From assembly GCF_009914755.1 (NCBI RefSeq), contig NC_060935.1: a DNA stretch of 64,000 nt; one strand, written 5' to 3'. The translations under genes and the position numbers were made by a program. Positions 17,056-32,230 of this stretch are shown piece after piece (the first letter of the stretch is position 1; each line of letters opens with the position of its first letter). A model generated the notes under the pieces. It saw only the letters and a list, made by a program, of their open reading frames with translations. It did not search any database and was not told where the DNA came from. This DNA comes from the human T2T-CHM13v2.0 reference genome, Homo sapiens.

Positions 17056-17369
17056 AAAACAGGCCAGTAAGTTAAGTTCCCCTTGTGCCTGAATTAATGA
17101 TTATCTTTTTAATTTATTATCATAATTAGCTATTTATTGTCATTGTTTTTATTGATTTAAAAATATTCTGTAATTCTCCACTAGATTCTGTGTTTGGTCT
17201 ATCAAAATAGGAGCCATATCCTGCTCAAGTTTTTATCTTCTAACCTAGAGTTCTGATATTGTATGCAGTCAACAAATGCTATTGTCCTAACAAATAAATG
17301 TGTTAATAGCAGGATGCGAACTTTCTGAAGGGTAAGATGAAATTGGAAACAAAGTTAGCAGCCTAGAGG

Positions 17370-17498
17370 TAAAGTGACCATCCATTCTAGTATACCTGGG
17401 TCAATTCTGGTTTATACCAATGGTCCTAATACAACTATTATCCTTGTTACCAAAGAAAAATGCCTTAGTTTGGAGGTTAAACCACTTGATTATCCATA
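17370..17498. mobile_element. MER81-like hAT-Blackjack MITE (degenerate)
   Basis: TAAAGTGACCATCC...TACCTGGGTCAATTCTGGTTTATACC...TAGTTTGGAGG...GATTATCCATA resembles the MER81 termini and body. Confidence 0.5.
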
Positions 17499-19961
17499 TC
17501 TCAAGTTAATTTTTGTGTGTGATAGGAATGACTTTTGAAGAAAAGTTTGTTAATCATGGTCTGGGCCAATGGAAGACATTTTCTTCCCATATTGACTGAA
17601 AATTCTAAATTTGAAAGACCAGAGAAACATGAGTTGCATGTCGAAGTCAAAGGAGCTGTGTGCAGAGGAACATTGTGAGATTTGGGGTAAGCAGTGCTGA
17701 TCTAGAGTCAAACAGTCTCTGACATAGTCAATGGGAAGTAATGTTATCCCTGTTTTAGTGAAGAGTTAGGTAACTTTCAATTTTTGGTAAAGATAGAGGA
17801 AATAGAACTACTGAACAAGGGTTTTTGCACATTTGCCTGTGTTGAGAAGAGACATCATAGGCAGCAATTTGCAATTTTATGGAGAGCACCAGCAGTAGTC
17901 AAAGTGTCAAGTGCCCCTACTGCCTTGAGTACAGAGGTCATCTCCAGTGGTCTGGTATCATGGTTGCAATTTTTCTGGAGGAAAGGTAAGATAGTCACTG
18001 CATATGCCATGAAATAACTGAGACAGACTTTGCAGAGAGGGTTTGGGAATGTGGCGCAGTGAATCTTATATAATAATATTTGAGTTAATTGATCTGCAAA
18101 TTTGTGTCTGAATGTTAATATGACCTGATAATTACACACATGGTAATGGCATGAGACATGCAAGTGACATACTTATAAATAAAGAGAAAATCAGTGATTC
18201 TTAGCATCTCACAACAGATTCTGCCTCACATTGTGCTCTTTTAGAGAACTTTAACATGATTTTTAATTATTACCATGAATAAAAGTTCAAGATGTTATCA
18301 TGCATCTGATCAAATATTAACAAATGTGCTTGGAGAGAGTGAATGTCTATCAGCAAAATAGACGGAAAATGTCATTTGGAGCTAGCAGAGGAACTTAGTA
18401 GAAAACTACTAAGTTTTCTACTAAGAAAACTTATTTATAATAAAACTTATTGTTACAAAAAGTGGTGGAGATTGCTCTAGGAGGCAGATTAAAGAGATGG
18501 TTTTTCACAACTGCAGTTGACTGAAATGAAAATGCCTAGCTTTGTTCCTCTATGGCAAAGGCTCAGGACCTATCAATTTTGTCAGCACCTGAATACTATT
18601 TTGCTGGCGGACTTTAATTACATAGGCTAGACAGCTTGCAAGGGAAAAAAAAGTCGAGAATCTCTATTCTGGGGTAAATTTCCTAAGCAGTGTGTGAGAG
18701 GTGTACGCAGAAATCCTGTTGACAAAATATTTTGTGCAAGTGCCTCCCACACACAGCTTTAAAATGTTACCCCTATGTGTTTTCCATTCCTGCTGCTATT
18801 CAAATAACAAATGTCTAAAATGTTTTAATCTGTTTCTTTCTCTTCTTTGCCCCATGACTCCTCCAAGAAACATTAGCAACTATTGCATTCATCTCCTTAT
18901 GTCATTTCATGTAATTTTAAAATGATTTTAAAATTAAATTGAGTCCTATTTTTCTAAGAAGTTATCTAGAAGGTGAGTTAAATAAAATGAACCATGAGCA
19001 CTTCACAGTAGTATAATATGCTTTTTAAGGTGTTGAAATTCACATTTTCATTGAAAAAGTTATACATTTTTTAAAACCATCTTCTGTATTATAAATGTTT
19101 TCAAGAAGCACTGAAGAAACACATAGCTTGAGATTGTCAAGTGACTGCAATGCTTCTCCTGTAATGATCTGAACATTTAAATGTTGCCATCCTTGTCAGT
19201 GACACCAACATTTTACTCTCTTCCCCCGTTAAGTGGACCATCATGTTGATCTGTGTATACTCTCACTTTCTCGACGTTATCTGAAAACGGTTATCTGAGA
19301 GCATGCTTTCTCTTAGTAGCAGCCCCTGAAAATGCAGTAACAGGGAAATTCAGGTCATTCATTGACTTACCATTCACCCAATAAACTTTTATTGAGCACT
19401 TGTGGTGTACATATTAGAAGCGTATGATATTGAGAAACGAGCATGTGAGTGGGAAGTAAATAGTCTATGGGTCCAGGAAAACTGGGCGTGGAATCCCACT
19501 TCTGCCCTTGCTTGCAGTGTGGCTTTGGGTGATATATTTAACCTAACTGCATTTCAGCTTCTTTGCATCTCATCTTTATATATGTGATTATAAAGATTAG
19601 AAATATCATATAGATAGATCCTAAGATATGAGAGATGCTCATCTTAGGAAATTACTTTCTTCTTTTTCTTTGTGGAAAGAGCTAGAATAAATTTTAGGAA
19701 AAAAAAAGAGAATGGCATAGTAAGAAGTGCAGTCTTGTATTAAGAAGTATCTGGATTTCAATTCACATTCTAGCACTTTGGGGTCCAGTGGAGTGTCAAA
19801 ATACCTAGTGCTAACTTAGTAGTACAGAGAAAAATGTAGGTTTTTAAAATTTGATCTATAATCTGTCAAATTCCTCTGATAAGGGAGTCAGTGTTATATA
19901 TCCAACACAATTAAGCTATAAAGCTCAGGCAGGTGCAATAATTTAAATGGTGTCATTAGAT

Positions 19962-20145
19962 CAGTGGTTCTCAAATAGTAATGCACATTAGAATCACTGG
20001 GAGTGTTTTAAAAATACAGATTGCTGAATGCCACCTCCATATGTTCTGCTTCAGTAGGTCTAGGGGCTGAGAACTTGCATTTTAAACAAATTAATCAGGT
20101 GATGCTGATGATGCTGGTTGGGATACCACATTTTGAAGACTTCTG
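19962..20145. mobile_element. MER5A (hAT-Charlie MITE)
   Basis: CAGTGGTTCTCAAA...ATTAGAATCACTGGGAG...TTCAGTAGGTCTAGGG...CAGGTGATGCTGATGATGCTGG...ACCACATTTTGAAG. Confidence 0.85.
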
Positions 20146-20373
20146 TTTTAGGTGATGCTCAGTCTGCAACGAAAATTTCTCTTTGTCTTTTATTTCCTCT
20201 TACCTTTCAACTCTCTGGACAACCAATTTATTTTAATAAAATTTTTTATCTACTGTTGACAAGAATATAAGCATATTTGGATAATTCTGAATATGTGTGT
20301 TAACATTTACTTGTTGCTATAGTTATCACGTATGTCAACATAGTTAAGATAGGCTCTGATAAAAACAAAGATG

Positions 20374-20764
<391 letters not shown>

Positions 20765-21329
20765 TTATATTTTTTGCCCTTCGAGTAATATTATGGACTC
20801 ACAGCACTTCAAAGGTTTAACTCTGCCCAATGAACTCTAACAATTATCTTTGCTTTTATTTTTTTAGTTAGGACCATAGTCCTCTTTAGCATGATTTCAG
20901 CTATCTTTGAAAGCATGCTGGCAGTCTAGCATCAAGTTATTCCAGGCACAACTTGATTTTCCGTGTCCAAAACATGGATCCTAACTATTCACATTATTCG
21001 CTGTTAGTGAATAATAGTATTAGAAGTATACATTCTGTATTCTAGGAGTATATATTAGATTAGTTAATGGAGCTGGGAACATTTATTAAAACTCATGAAT
21101 TCCTATTAATATATCTAATTTATTAAATTACTTTAAAGTCATTTCTTCTATTTTAAAAATGTGATGATTTTTGCTTTTTAAATATACCATCTCTTTCACA
21201 ACTTTTAATTTTGTATGCTATGCTGTATTATATTATTGCAAATAATATTGCTAATTTAGAATATTACCATTTTTCATTCAATCTAAGATGCTACATATTG
21301 CATCATTAAGAAAAAAACAATGCTTTTTA

Positions 21330-22500
21330 ATATCCATATTCAAAAACTGAATAGTGACTTTTACCTCATACCATACACAAACATCAGTTTAGGTGTGTTG
21401 TAGACCAAACTCTGAAAGGTAAAACAGTAGGCTTCCAGAAGATAACTTTCATATTTTAAAGCAGAAAAAATATTTATTAGGCAGAACATAAAAGCTTTAA
21501 CCATAAAAGAACATTAATAAACTAGACTACCTTAAAAATAGGATCACCATTAAGAAAGTGAAAAGATAGTCCACAGAGTAGGAGAAATTATCTATATTAC
21601 ATATTACTGAAAAGCATTTTTATCCAGAATGTGCAACGACTTCTCCAAATCAACAAGGAAAAAGACACAGTTCAATTTTAAAATTGATAAATGGGCAAAA
21701 GGCTTCAACAATCACTTCATCAGGGAGGATATCTGAATTGCCACCAAGATACATATAAAATAGTTTGACTCATTCATAGTCAGGGAAATGCAACAGTAAG
21801 CCATAGTGAAAATGTACTTCATACCAATAAGAATGGCTAAAATAAAATTTGCTGAAATAGCCAATATTGTTGTATGTGTAGAGCTGCTGGAATTTTCATG
21901 GGTGCCTTATTTGTACAAGCACTTTGTAAAAGTGTTTGGTAATACTGTTAAACATATGCACAGCCTATGACCTAGTAATTCTACTCCTATGTATAAGCCC
22001 AACAGAAACTTGTGCATATGTGCACCAAAAGCCATAATGAGAATGTTTATATAAGTATTATTCTTAATTTCTAAGGTCTGGAAAGAGTCCAGTATCAACT
22101 AAAAGTAAATTGAGTAAATAAATTGTGATATATTTATACTATGAAATATCAAACAACAGGGAAAATTAATGAATTACTGCTACATAAAGCAACCCAGATG
22201 AATTTAATAAATGTATTTTTTTCCTAAAGACTCCAGATACAAAATAATATATACTGCGTGACATTATTTATATAAATTTAAGAAAACAGAAAAACCGAAT
22301 CTGGTGGCGAAAGTTAAATTACTTTTAGGGAAGGAAAAGGGTATTGACTAGGAGGGGGCACGAGGCGGCACTCTGGGTTTCTGCAGATATTCTAGTTCTT
22401 GACTTGGTTGCAAGTCTGTGTTCACTATTTATAATAGCTCATCAAGCTGTGTCCTTTATTTTATGTACCTTTGTTTATACTTCAATGAAAACTTTTTTAT
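21330..22500 (+). mobile_element. Old L1M (L1ME/MC-type) 3' region
   Basis: Sense L1M text (TACCTCATACCATACACAAA, AAATGGGCAAAAGGCTTCAACA, TATGACCTAGTAATTCTACTCCTA). Boundaries are approximate. Confidence 0.7.
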
Positions 22501-23438
22501 TGAAAAACTGTATGCAAAAAGTTATATGGGAACAGCATAGAATAAAAATGGCTGTATCTGACTTGGGACATCACAGAAAGCATCTCAGAGAGAAGACTAG
22601 AAGTCAGACTGTATCATTGATACATTCAAAGGCAAGTGAAGAAATCCTTCTTTAGTGGGTTAAAGAAGTAAGTGCTTTATGTTTGTCATAACAAAAACAA
22701 CTCAGAAATGTACGTATCACAACAACATCATCAAGAATTCTGGCTAACTCAGCTCTTGCTGTCCTTAAGGTGTGGTTTTTGTCCTTCTGGCTGAAAGGTG
22801 GTTGTTGCTTCTGTGAGGATTTAGCCAAAGTTATAGGAATAGAGAAGGAAAGAGGAAAGAGTTGCCCAGCAATCTTATCCTATGCTTTATTGACTATAGC
22901 TGTGTCACCCCTAGGTTTAGGGAAACCTGGGATGACAAAATAGAGGGAGGCAAGGAAAAGTGGTTTGAAATGGGTGTTGAGTGAGCCAACATGTGTGACT
23001 TGCCATAGGCGTGAAAGGTTTATCTGCCAAATATGCTTTGGGAGGGTACAAAAATGAAAAGGAAAAAAGTGTATGTAAGTGTAGGTTTTTGCCACCATAT
23101 GCTTTCTCTAGCCTAAATAAGGTCACGTTTCCAGAAACTTTCCCTTTCTCTTCTTATATAGGAGGATTTAAGGAACACTGACTATACTTTATGTTATGGC
23201 AGTCCTCAAGGAATGAAGGACCATGAAGACTTTCACTGCTTAGGTATTTAATTAGGAAGCAGAAAGCAGAGTATCTGGGCTTGCATAATAACAATGAAGT
23301 CCAATTATTTTCCTCTTGGTTGTTCTTCTTTGGCATAGGTGAAATGATGGGAAAAATGTTTAATTTCAGGCATCAATTTTCCAAAGCATTCAGTAGATCG
23401 GCATGCAAACTTAAAATTTCCTTAAGAAAGCAAGAAAA

Positions 23439-23784
<346 letters not shown>

Positions 23785-26700
23785 AAAGCAAGAAAAGAAG
23801 AAAAATATGTCAGTAACTTGAGAAAAAACAAAATTATCTTTTAGTCCGTTCACATTCAGTACAACAGAATGAAGAATCTGTCAATTCTTGAATTAGTGGG
23901 AATTGGTCAATCATTTATGCAACAAATAATTGTGCACCCATTATTATGATGATTCCGGAATTAGCCAAGTTGCACATTTAGTAAATGCTTAAATTTAAAT
24001 CGAGGCTTTTTTGACTGTAGATCCAATGGTCTTTCTATTCTGTGCGTTGTTTGGAATGATCTTGATTGCTATAATGATCCTAATAGTTGATGCATCTACC
24101 CATCTGCCCAACTGTCCAACTAAGTGGCCAGTTAATACTAACAATGCCCAAAAATGATATATTTGATATAATTTCACATTATTTTATATCAGCCTCAGTC
24201 ATTGTCAGTAGATTCTAAGATATTAACTATTAACTAATTGTAAAAGGAAAAAATTCTCATGCAGACAATTTTCTGATTTTTCCCTGGGGGTGGGAGCTCA
24301 CTGGGTTAAAGAATTTAGGTGTAATTTCTAGCTCAAAGTTCTACCAACATAGGTGTGGGGGCCTGTATATAACTGGTGCAATCTGATATTTTGAAACATC
24401 ATTTTAGAAAAAATTAAGAAAGCCTTTAAACATTACATTCTTATGGTAAAAAAAACAACAACAAAAGGAAAGAAGAAAGTTTCCAGAAATGCCATACACA
24501 CATCACTTACTTTTCCAGGCTTAACTAGTCCCAAACTGTTTCTTAATCAGGATTGGTATGAGCAACATGTAAGAAATGATGTTGTTCAGGGAGGTAGAAC
24601 TTCCATTTAGCTTCATATATTGAATTACTTTTCTTGGCATTCTTGTTTTGGAGACTTTTTGGAGGACTTGTTTGGGACTTTTTAACTTTTCCTAAATTCA
24701 CAGTTAAGGCAAAACTGTTTCAACTGCCACTAAAAACATAACCTTAAACAAAATAAAGTACTATTCAGAATATACTTAAAATAGAATTATTTTGTTCTAA
24801 AATGTTAGTAATTTTATGGCAGTGACTCAAAGCAAAATTAGGCAAAGAGCTCATTGGTGGGTCTCTTTGCTTGGATGAACCTGAGGCAGCATATGCATCA
24901 CCCATGAACATGGGGAACATTGAGACTGAGTTGTAGCTTTGCCTGTATAATGTACAGAATATGTTTATTCTTTTACTGATCTTGAGCAACTGAGAAACAC
25001 TTAATGACTACACTTAGCATATTAAATGGGGTGAGCTTTTTCTTCCTTATCTTTTAAAGTTAGAGAAAAAAAATATGGCTTACCTTTCAATCATGGAATA
25101 TGAGTCCATACGCGTGAAAGGGAAGCAAAGACACAGAGTTTCCTGTGGCTCTTTCAACTATAACCTACCTTAAAAATAAATATAATTATTTGTCTGGAAA
25201 AGTAAAACTAATTTGTACACATTTTACTGTGTGTCAGTGATCCATTGCAGAGAATGGAAAATCCCTTCTAATGGCTCATGAAACTTGTCACAGGTAGGTG
25301 GTATTTGATGACTCACAAAAGAGGAACTGTGGTGCAGATTAATTATTTTTTGGCTATAAAATGATACTGGTTTATATTATGCTAATAATGGGAAAGTTAA
25401 TAAATAATTCAAGTCATTAAAACTAAAATTTCTGATGCTGTTAATCCAAGAATATTTTGAAAGCACAAACATTTATGGTAATCTACCATAATTATTAATA
25501 TTCACGTCCTTAATATAATCTACCATTAATTGCTAATATTCTTCAGAAAATCTATTCTTTATCAAGCAGTAAATAATTGGTTTCATTGTTTCACTCAATA
25601 AGGGAATAATCTCAACATTGACACTTAATACTAGAGTTTCCATCCTACACATAAGTATCATACCATAAAATAGTTTTAAAATATGCCATTAACCAGGCCT
25701 AGTGTGGGCGAGGGTGTTGGAAAATGGGTATCTTCATATATTGCTTGTGGGAGTAAACCAGTACAACATTCCCAGAAAGAAACACATATCAAAAGATGAC
25801 ATACTCTTTGAACCAAAATATAATTCTAGAAATCTTACCCAAGGAATTAATCAGACAAATAAGCATATTCATTGCAATATTATTTTTAATAGAATAAATA
25901 AAATAATTAAAATTTCTTACAAGATGATTTTAAATATGTTAATACTAATCTGTACCACAAATTTTCATAATTTAAGTTTCACAAATTTATGTTGTTGATA
26001 TAGAAAAAGTTCATATTATGCTGCTAAGAGGGAAAATGAGGTTACAGAAAACTATGTGGTATATATAACTCTACTTTTGTAGAAATAAGTATATTTATTT
26101 ATAGTCAGACATATATGATATGTAAATATACAGTCATAGAGAAATTAGCCAGTTATAATTGCATTCGATATATTAGAGGCAAATGAATAGAAAAGAAAAA
26201 AACTATTATGATGTTAAAATAGTCATCCCTCTTATAAGGAATTATTTAAAAAATTATCTTCCTTTTGCTGTTCTCTGTCTTTATCTTTTTTCTAAAATAA
26301 ATTCAAATGCTCGTTTGTATAGTGACAATTAAAATTAATAAAATATTGGCTAGTCATTGGTTTCTTTCTCTACTCTCCCTCTGGGATGGCTCTGTCTTCT
26401 TGATAGATTGTGAGGGCAGAAAGAGCAATCAAAGTAGCAGACTGCCCAGATCCCACCTGCCCTTTTCTACCAAGCATAAGGCACCATCAGGCCTATGAAG
26501 ATTTCTAACTATCTGTTCTTCCCCATTCATACATGCATAAAATCAATTTTTGACTAAGGGGAGTAGGAAGACAATTGGACCTCTTATTAGCAGCTCCCTA
26601 ATTTCTCTCTGATTTTCCTCCTTCATCAACTGGTTGAGTTGTCTCTCCTTCTTGGTTTGAAAGCTGTTCTTTCGCTTTGATACATCTTTATCCATTCAAA

Positions 26701-27014
26701 GTATAGGCATTCAAGGTTTGAACCTGGGGCATTAGCAAGCCAGATTCTTCACCTGTAAGTTTAGGATGTCGTGAGAAATTTCTGCTTCTTCCCACTTTCT
26801 CACCCTTTTGGGTAATGTTAGAAGAGACTGACCAGGCCCAAGGTTTTGATGGCTCCACCCACAAAGTATTTGAGAGAATCTCGCAAGTGATTGGGCAAAG
26901 CATCGTAAGGAGATTTTTCCCCCATTTTGGACGTTATAACCGTCCAGTCTACAGAATATCACAGGCTCTACTTTTGTGTCAATTTAAAATGAGGATACAG
27001 AAAATGAAGGCAAA

Positions 27015-27290
27015 GGGAAACTGTGTAAGTCAGTGGTTAATAACATGAGCTGTTGTGTTAGACTTACCTGGGTTTGAATTCTAACTCTTTCATTTACCAG
27101 TGAGGGATGTTGAGGCAACTCATTTAAGCTCCCTGAACCTCAGTTTTCCATGTGTAATATTGGTATATCTATTCTATTATTAATAGGAAGATAAAATCGA
27201 TGGTATATATAAATAAATTAGAGTAAAATTTGATATATAGCAAGAGCACATGTGCTAGCTTATGATGGCAATGATCATCTATGTTTATTT
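27015..27290 (+). mobile_element. MIR
   Basis: CCTGGGTTTGAATTCTAACTCT...TTAAGCTCCCTGAACCTCAGTTTTCC matches the MIR core. Confidence 0.65.
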
Positions 27291-28365
27291 CATTATGGTT
27301 ATCAGATGGAGTCCCTCTGAGGAAAGAGGGAAGGCAGAGAAGTTGGGTTAGAAAATGCAACAGCAGCTACTACTGTTATTCATATATTTGTGTAATTATA
27401 GTAGCTGTTTCATATTTCCATGTGTAGTATTTATCTACAGTTTATAAATCTGGTTATACTACATTTATAAGTTCAGTTTCTAGTTCAAGGGTGAAACAAA
27501 ACAAAATAAAATAAGAAAGACACCCAACACAGGTTTCTATATAAAGGGTTAGGCTGCTTGTTACAAACTGGGGCAACTGCATCTGAATTCAGTTTCCTTC
27601 TAGTTTTTGTTGGTATCTTTTTAATAGATCTTTCTTTCCACTTTCTCTACTTTTATCTCCTAAGATGAGAGTTTATGGCTAAGAGCCCCATATTTTATTT
27701 AATTTAGGTGATAAATAGGAATCCAACATTAGCCTATATTTTCTTATCTTGGTCCAAAGGTTTCATTCCTAAAGTTGGGCTTATCTTTTCCTTACACGTT
27801 CATTTCTTAGCTCTTTTTTTTGTATTTGGTATCATTCTTTTTTCATTTTCCCTATGCTAGAATCTTCTCTCTTTTTGAGAGATCTTGACATTAGTAGCTG
27901 TGTGATTTAGGCCAGGATGCTGCAGGGTACACAGTCTGTTGTTTTTATTCATTGTTAGGGGTTCCTAAAATATCTCTGAAAATTCCCCAAAGAAAATATA
28001 ATCTATATATGTGAGAGATAAATTTCTGTAACATAATTGAGTATAGTCTTCTGTATCATTAAGAATTGAAACTATTTGGGCCTTTTATATAGTAAAAAAT
28101 ATATATATTTCAAGAATTTTGTATGCATTTACTGAATTTTAAAATACATTTTATTGCAAATATTTATACCTCTGTGTTTTGTTTCATGTTGGTGAAAAAT
28201 AGGCAAAGATAAACACAGATTTAATATGATTAATTTTTCCCAGAGGACTTGGCTCTAGCAGTTACAAAATATAAGACAGTTTAATTTATACGGTTTTTAT
28301 ATGTTTCACTGACCATTCCAATCTTTTGTTTTCCTGCAAAATGAAGCCATTTAACGGATACTCAC

Positions 28366-28823
28366 TGTAGTAGTTTCCTGCCTTAACAAGTCATCACAAA
28401 CTGGGTGGTTTAGAACAACAGAAATCTATTCTCTCCAGTTCTGGAAATTAAACATCTGAAATCAAAATAGCACAGGGCCATTCTCCTTCTGAAGGCTCTA
28501 GGCAAGAATGCCTCCTCTCCTTTTCCTAGCTTTTAGTGTTGTCGGCAATCCTTGCAGTTCTTTGGCTTGTAGCCAAATCACTCAAATTTCTGCCTCTGTC
28601 TGTACACGGCCTTCTTTCTGTGGCTGTCTGTATTTCTGAAGCTCTGTTTCCTTGAAAGGACACCAGTCATCATATTTAGGGTCCACCATAATCCAGCATG
28701 ATCTCATTTTACCTTGATTACATCTGCAAACACCCAGTCTCCAAATAAAGTCACATTTACAGGTACTGGGGTTTAGGACTTGAATATATTTTGCTGGGGG
28801 GAGACACAATTCAACTAGCAACA
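28366..28823 (-). mobile_element. MaLR solo LTR (MLT1C-like)
   Basis: TG...CA termini. Body CACAAACTGGGTGGTTTAGAACAACAGAAAT...AAGGACACCAGTCAT...CACAATTCAA. 5-bp TSD CTCAC at 28361-28365 and 28824-28828. Confidence 0.88.
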
Positions 28824-28992
28824 CTCACAAAGCACTTCATAACTGTATTATAGAACTTAATTTGTAGTTACTAGTTTAAGTGGTGTCTACCTCTCTTTCA
28901 TTTTCTCACCATGCCCTACTTCTCAACCCTCAAGGTCAGAGTCAATTTCTTTATTTTCTATATGTCTGCCTTTATAGCTAGCACACTGCCTG

Positions 28993-29044
28993 AATGAATA
29001 TAAATGCCTTAAATGAATATAAATGCCTTAAATGAATATAAATG
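28993..29044 (+). repeat. 19-bp tandem repeat, about 2.7 copies
   Basis: Unit AATGAATATAAATGCCTTA. Confidence 0.9.
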
Positions 29045-29278
29045 GAATGGAGAATATAAAGAAGGGAGACAACATATAACGTGAAAGTTACGAAAGAAGA
29101 AAGAGTTGGTCTGTAACAGATTTGCAAAACTTGCTGGTCATCAGCTGCTTGGTAACTTTTGGGAAAATGTGGGTTTCTCCCTGAGAAACTAATTCATTGA
29201 ATAATTATGCAACCCAGAAATCTCTGTTATAGACAACTTGTTTAGATGGTTCTATTTTTTGGTCAAGAATAGAAAACA

Positions 29279-29644
<366 letters not shown>

Positions 29645-31689
29645 TCATGACAGTGAAAGCTGTTTCACCTTAGCAAGTCATTTAGTTATTCTGAACTTGT
29701 TTCTTCGTTGGTAAAATGAGTGGTAATCGGTTCTAAAATTCTAATTTTCCTGTTTAAGGTCATTACCTCTAAAAATGCTTGGGCATTGTAGAATTTCTTT
29801 GGTCTTTATAGAAGAGATCATATATTTGAAATAATTCTCAGTCTCATCATTCTAAGATTGTAAGAAAGGTCCGTGGTTGGTTATCTGTAAGTATTGGAAC
29901 AATAGATAACTTCTTCCTACTACCTGTCCCTATATTTCACATTTATATAGTGAACAAATATTGCTTTTATAATGAAGAGATATTCATGCATATTCTATTT
30001 TTGTTTAACAAGCAAAGATTAAATATCAAGAAACAAAATGCAGTAAGTCAAGTGTTACTATAAAAACTAAAGGAAAAATCTGCAAAAGGAAAGGAGAAGC
30101 AAACATAAGTGCATGTACAGTTCAAAAAAAAAAGGAATAAAGTTGATACAAAAGTAGAGAGGGTATTAGGCTTTTAATGTCAATATTCTTGGCCTCTCTT
30201 CTGATTTTATATTTTGTCTAAGATCTTTTATTTAATGTTTTTCTGCTAAAAAATGGCATTTTCTCTTAAGATTTCTAAGCTGAAGTTGGTTTAAATTCAG
30301 AGTATGCTGAATTTGTCTAAACCACAGATTGAATAAAATAATAAAACTGTCATATTGGGGGTGACATTGTCAACAGCATTGTCAGAAAGTGGGTGTTCAC
30401 AGAAGAAGAAACAAATATAAGAAAACTTGGATAAATGGAATTGCCTACACTTTATTCTTTTTAAAGGAATAAATGGAAAATATTTGTACATCAGGTACAT
30501 AATCTGTGCATTTATAGATATATATCTATATACTGATACCTGAAGACCTTGCAATAAGAATTTAGTGTTGCTGTTTTAAATTCATATTTCAAATTTTATT
30601 CTTTAGATGAAATCCAAATCCAAGAAAAATGACACTGGGGAATGGGTTGACAGAAAAGCCAATTTGACATCTGACAGTTTTATTATTTCCCCTGATTTTC
30701 TAGGAGGCTTTACCTTCAGAGGAAAAGTCAAACTAAACAACTCCATAATGAATGGAAGAATTCATCTTTGTGAATTCATGGAGAATCCTTTGATAGTCAG
30801 ACCACTCATACAAAAATTATTGAGGGCTTAATTTTGATTTTTAGGAAAATAGATCAGTCAGGTGGTGTGAATAATTGATATCATGTCTTAAATTATTTAT
30901 GTAACAATTATTATTTTAAAAAGAAGATCATCTCAATTATAAGCTTAAATTGATTCATATGTTGAGAAAATTACTTACCTTTACTTCACTCATCATGTTA
31001 CCTTCTTAATGTTTGTGAGTAGATTCTCATCTCACATTAGCAATCCTCACTGCAGACCAAGAAGGATTATGGAATAAGTTAGAGAGTTTCCTTAAAAATA
31101 TATGGGAATTTCAATTCATATTTGGATATGTCCTCATTTGTAGAGGTTAGCACACACAATCTATTTTTTTTAAATGTTTCTGGGCTACTTTGCTGGGTTG
31201 CCTAGCAACATGAAATCCTGACTATCTAAGGGTAGTCTTCCCCTGGTGAAATGTCAGTCCCCTTATAAATGATAAGCTCTAAGCAGTACCTGACAAATTA
31301 GTGATAATTTTTACACAGGATGTGAGATTACTTCTACAGAAGTAGATTTAAATGAGAATTCAGAGACAAAAATTACATTTGAATATTGTATACTAGGACT
31401 TCTGGAACAAAGCAGCATCATGATTAACCAGGAATAGGCTATTTATATTTGGGATTCTTATAAGTCTGGAAATACTGATATTGAAGATTTTTTTAATCCA
31501 CATTGCAGAGTGCTCACTTCATTGGCACAAAAAGCTGGAGAAGTTTTTATATCATAGCCTGAGTAGATTTTTTTTCTTAATCTATTTTAACACTGATATT
31601 GTAATCTAATGGGAGCAAGATATGTTTTAATGATTTGAACATATTCAATCCTTTGATCAACTTCTGTTGATTTTCCCTCTACTTCTTCC

Positions 31690-32230
31690 TACTTTCATAG
31701 CAATACTCCAGTCTGTGCAACAAGAGCTCTCCTTTGGACTTCCAAAATAATTTTCTAACTGGTCTGCCTGCATCCAACCTTTCTTCCACTAGACTGCACG
31801 TATTTTTAAAACGCAAATGTAATTATTCCAATCATCTACCCCACTTACTTAAAAGCTTCAAAGAGTTTTTATTACTTTTGGGATAAAAGTAAAACACTAA
31901 ATGTCATCTTTTACCAGGCTCTCTCTCATTTCTCTAGCTCTGGACAGTTACCTCTTCGAGGTCTTTTCTGTTTCAGGATAATTCAGTGCTTTTGTTTTAG
32001 CCCAGAGCACTCTTACAACAACATATACATTTTTTTTCACAGCATGTGCCACATCTGTAATTTTACATTGACTAATGTGATTACTTTATTAGTGGCATGC
32101 TCCTCCACTAGACCACAAGTACAATAACATAGAAACCAAGTCTATTTTTAATCATCATACATTCTACAATTCCTAGCATGTAACCTAACAATTGGTAGGT
32201 ACAGAATAAATATTTTGTTGAATGTATGAA
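31690..32230 (+). mobile_element. L2 3' fragment
   Basis: CTCCACTAGACCACAAG...CCTAGCATGTAACCTAAC...AATAAATATTTTGTTGAATGTATGAA is typical of an L2 3' end. Confidence 0.6.

Noticed and set aside
26540-27048. Overlapping ORFs in unique sequence, including a purine-rich 50-codon minus-strand frame (MDKDVSKRKN...)
   Set aside because: No recognisable domain and no consistent acceptor-donor pair with an open frame.
30607-30831. 74-aa ORF beginning right after a pyrimidine tract and AG
   Set aside because: No matching strong donor, no recognisable homology, and the length is within chance expectation.
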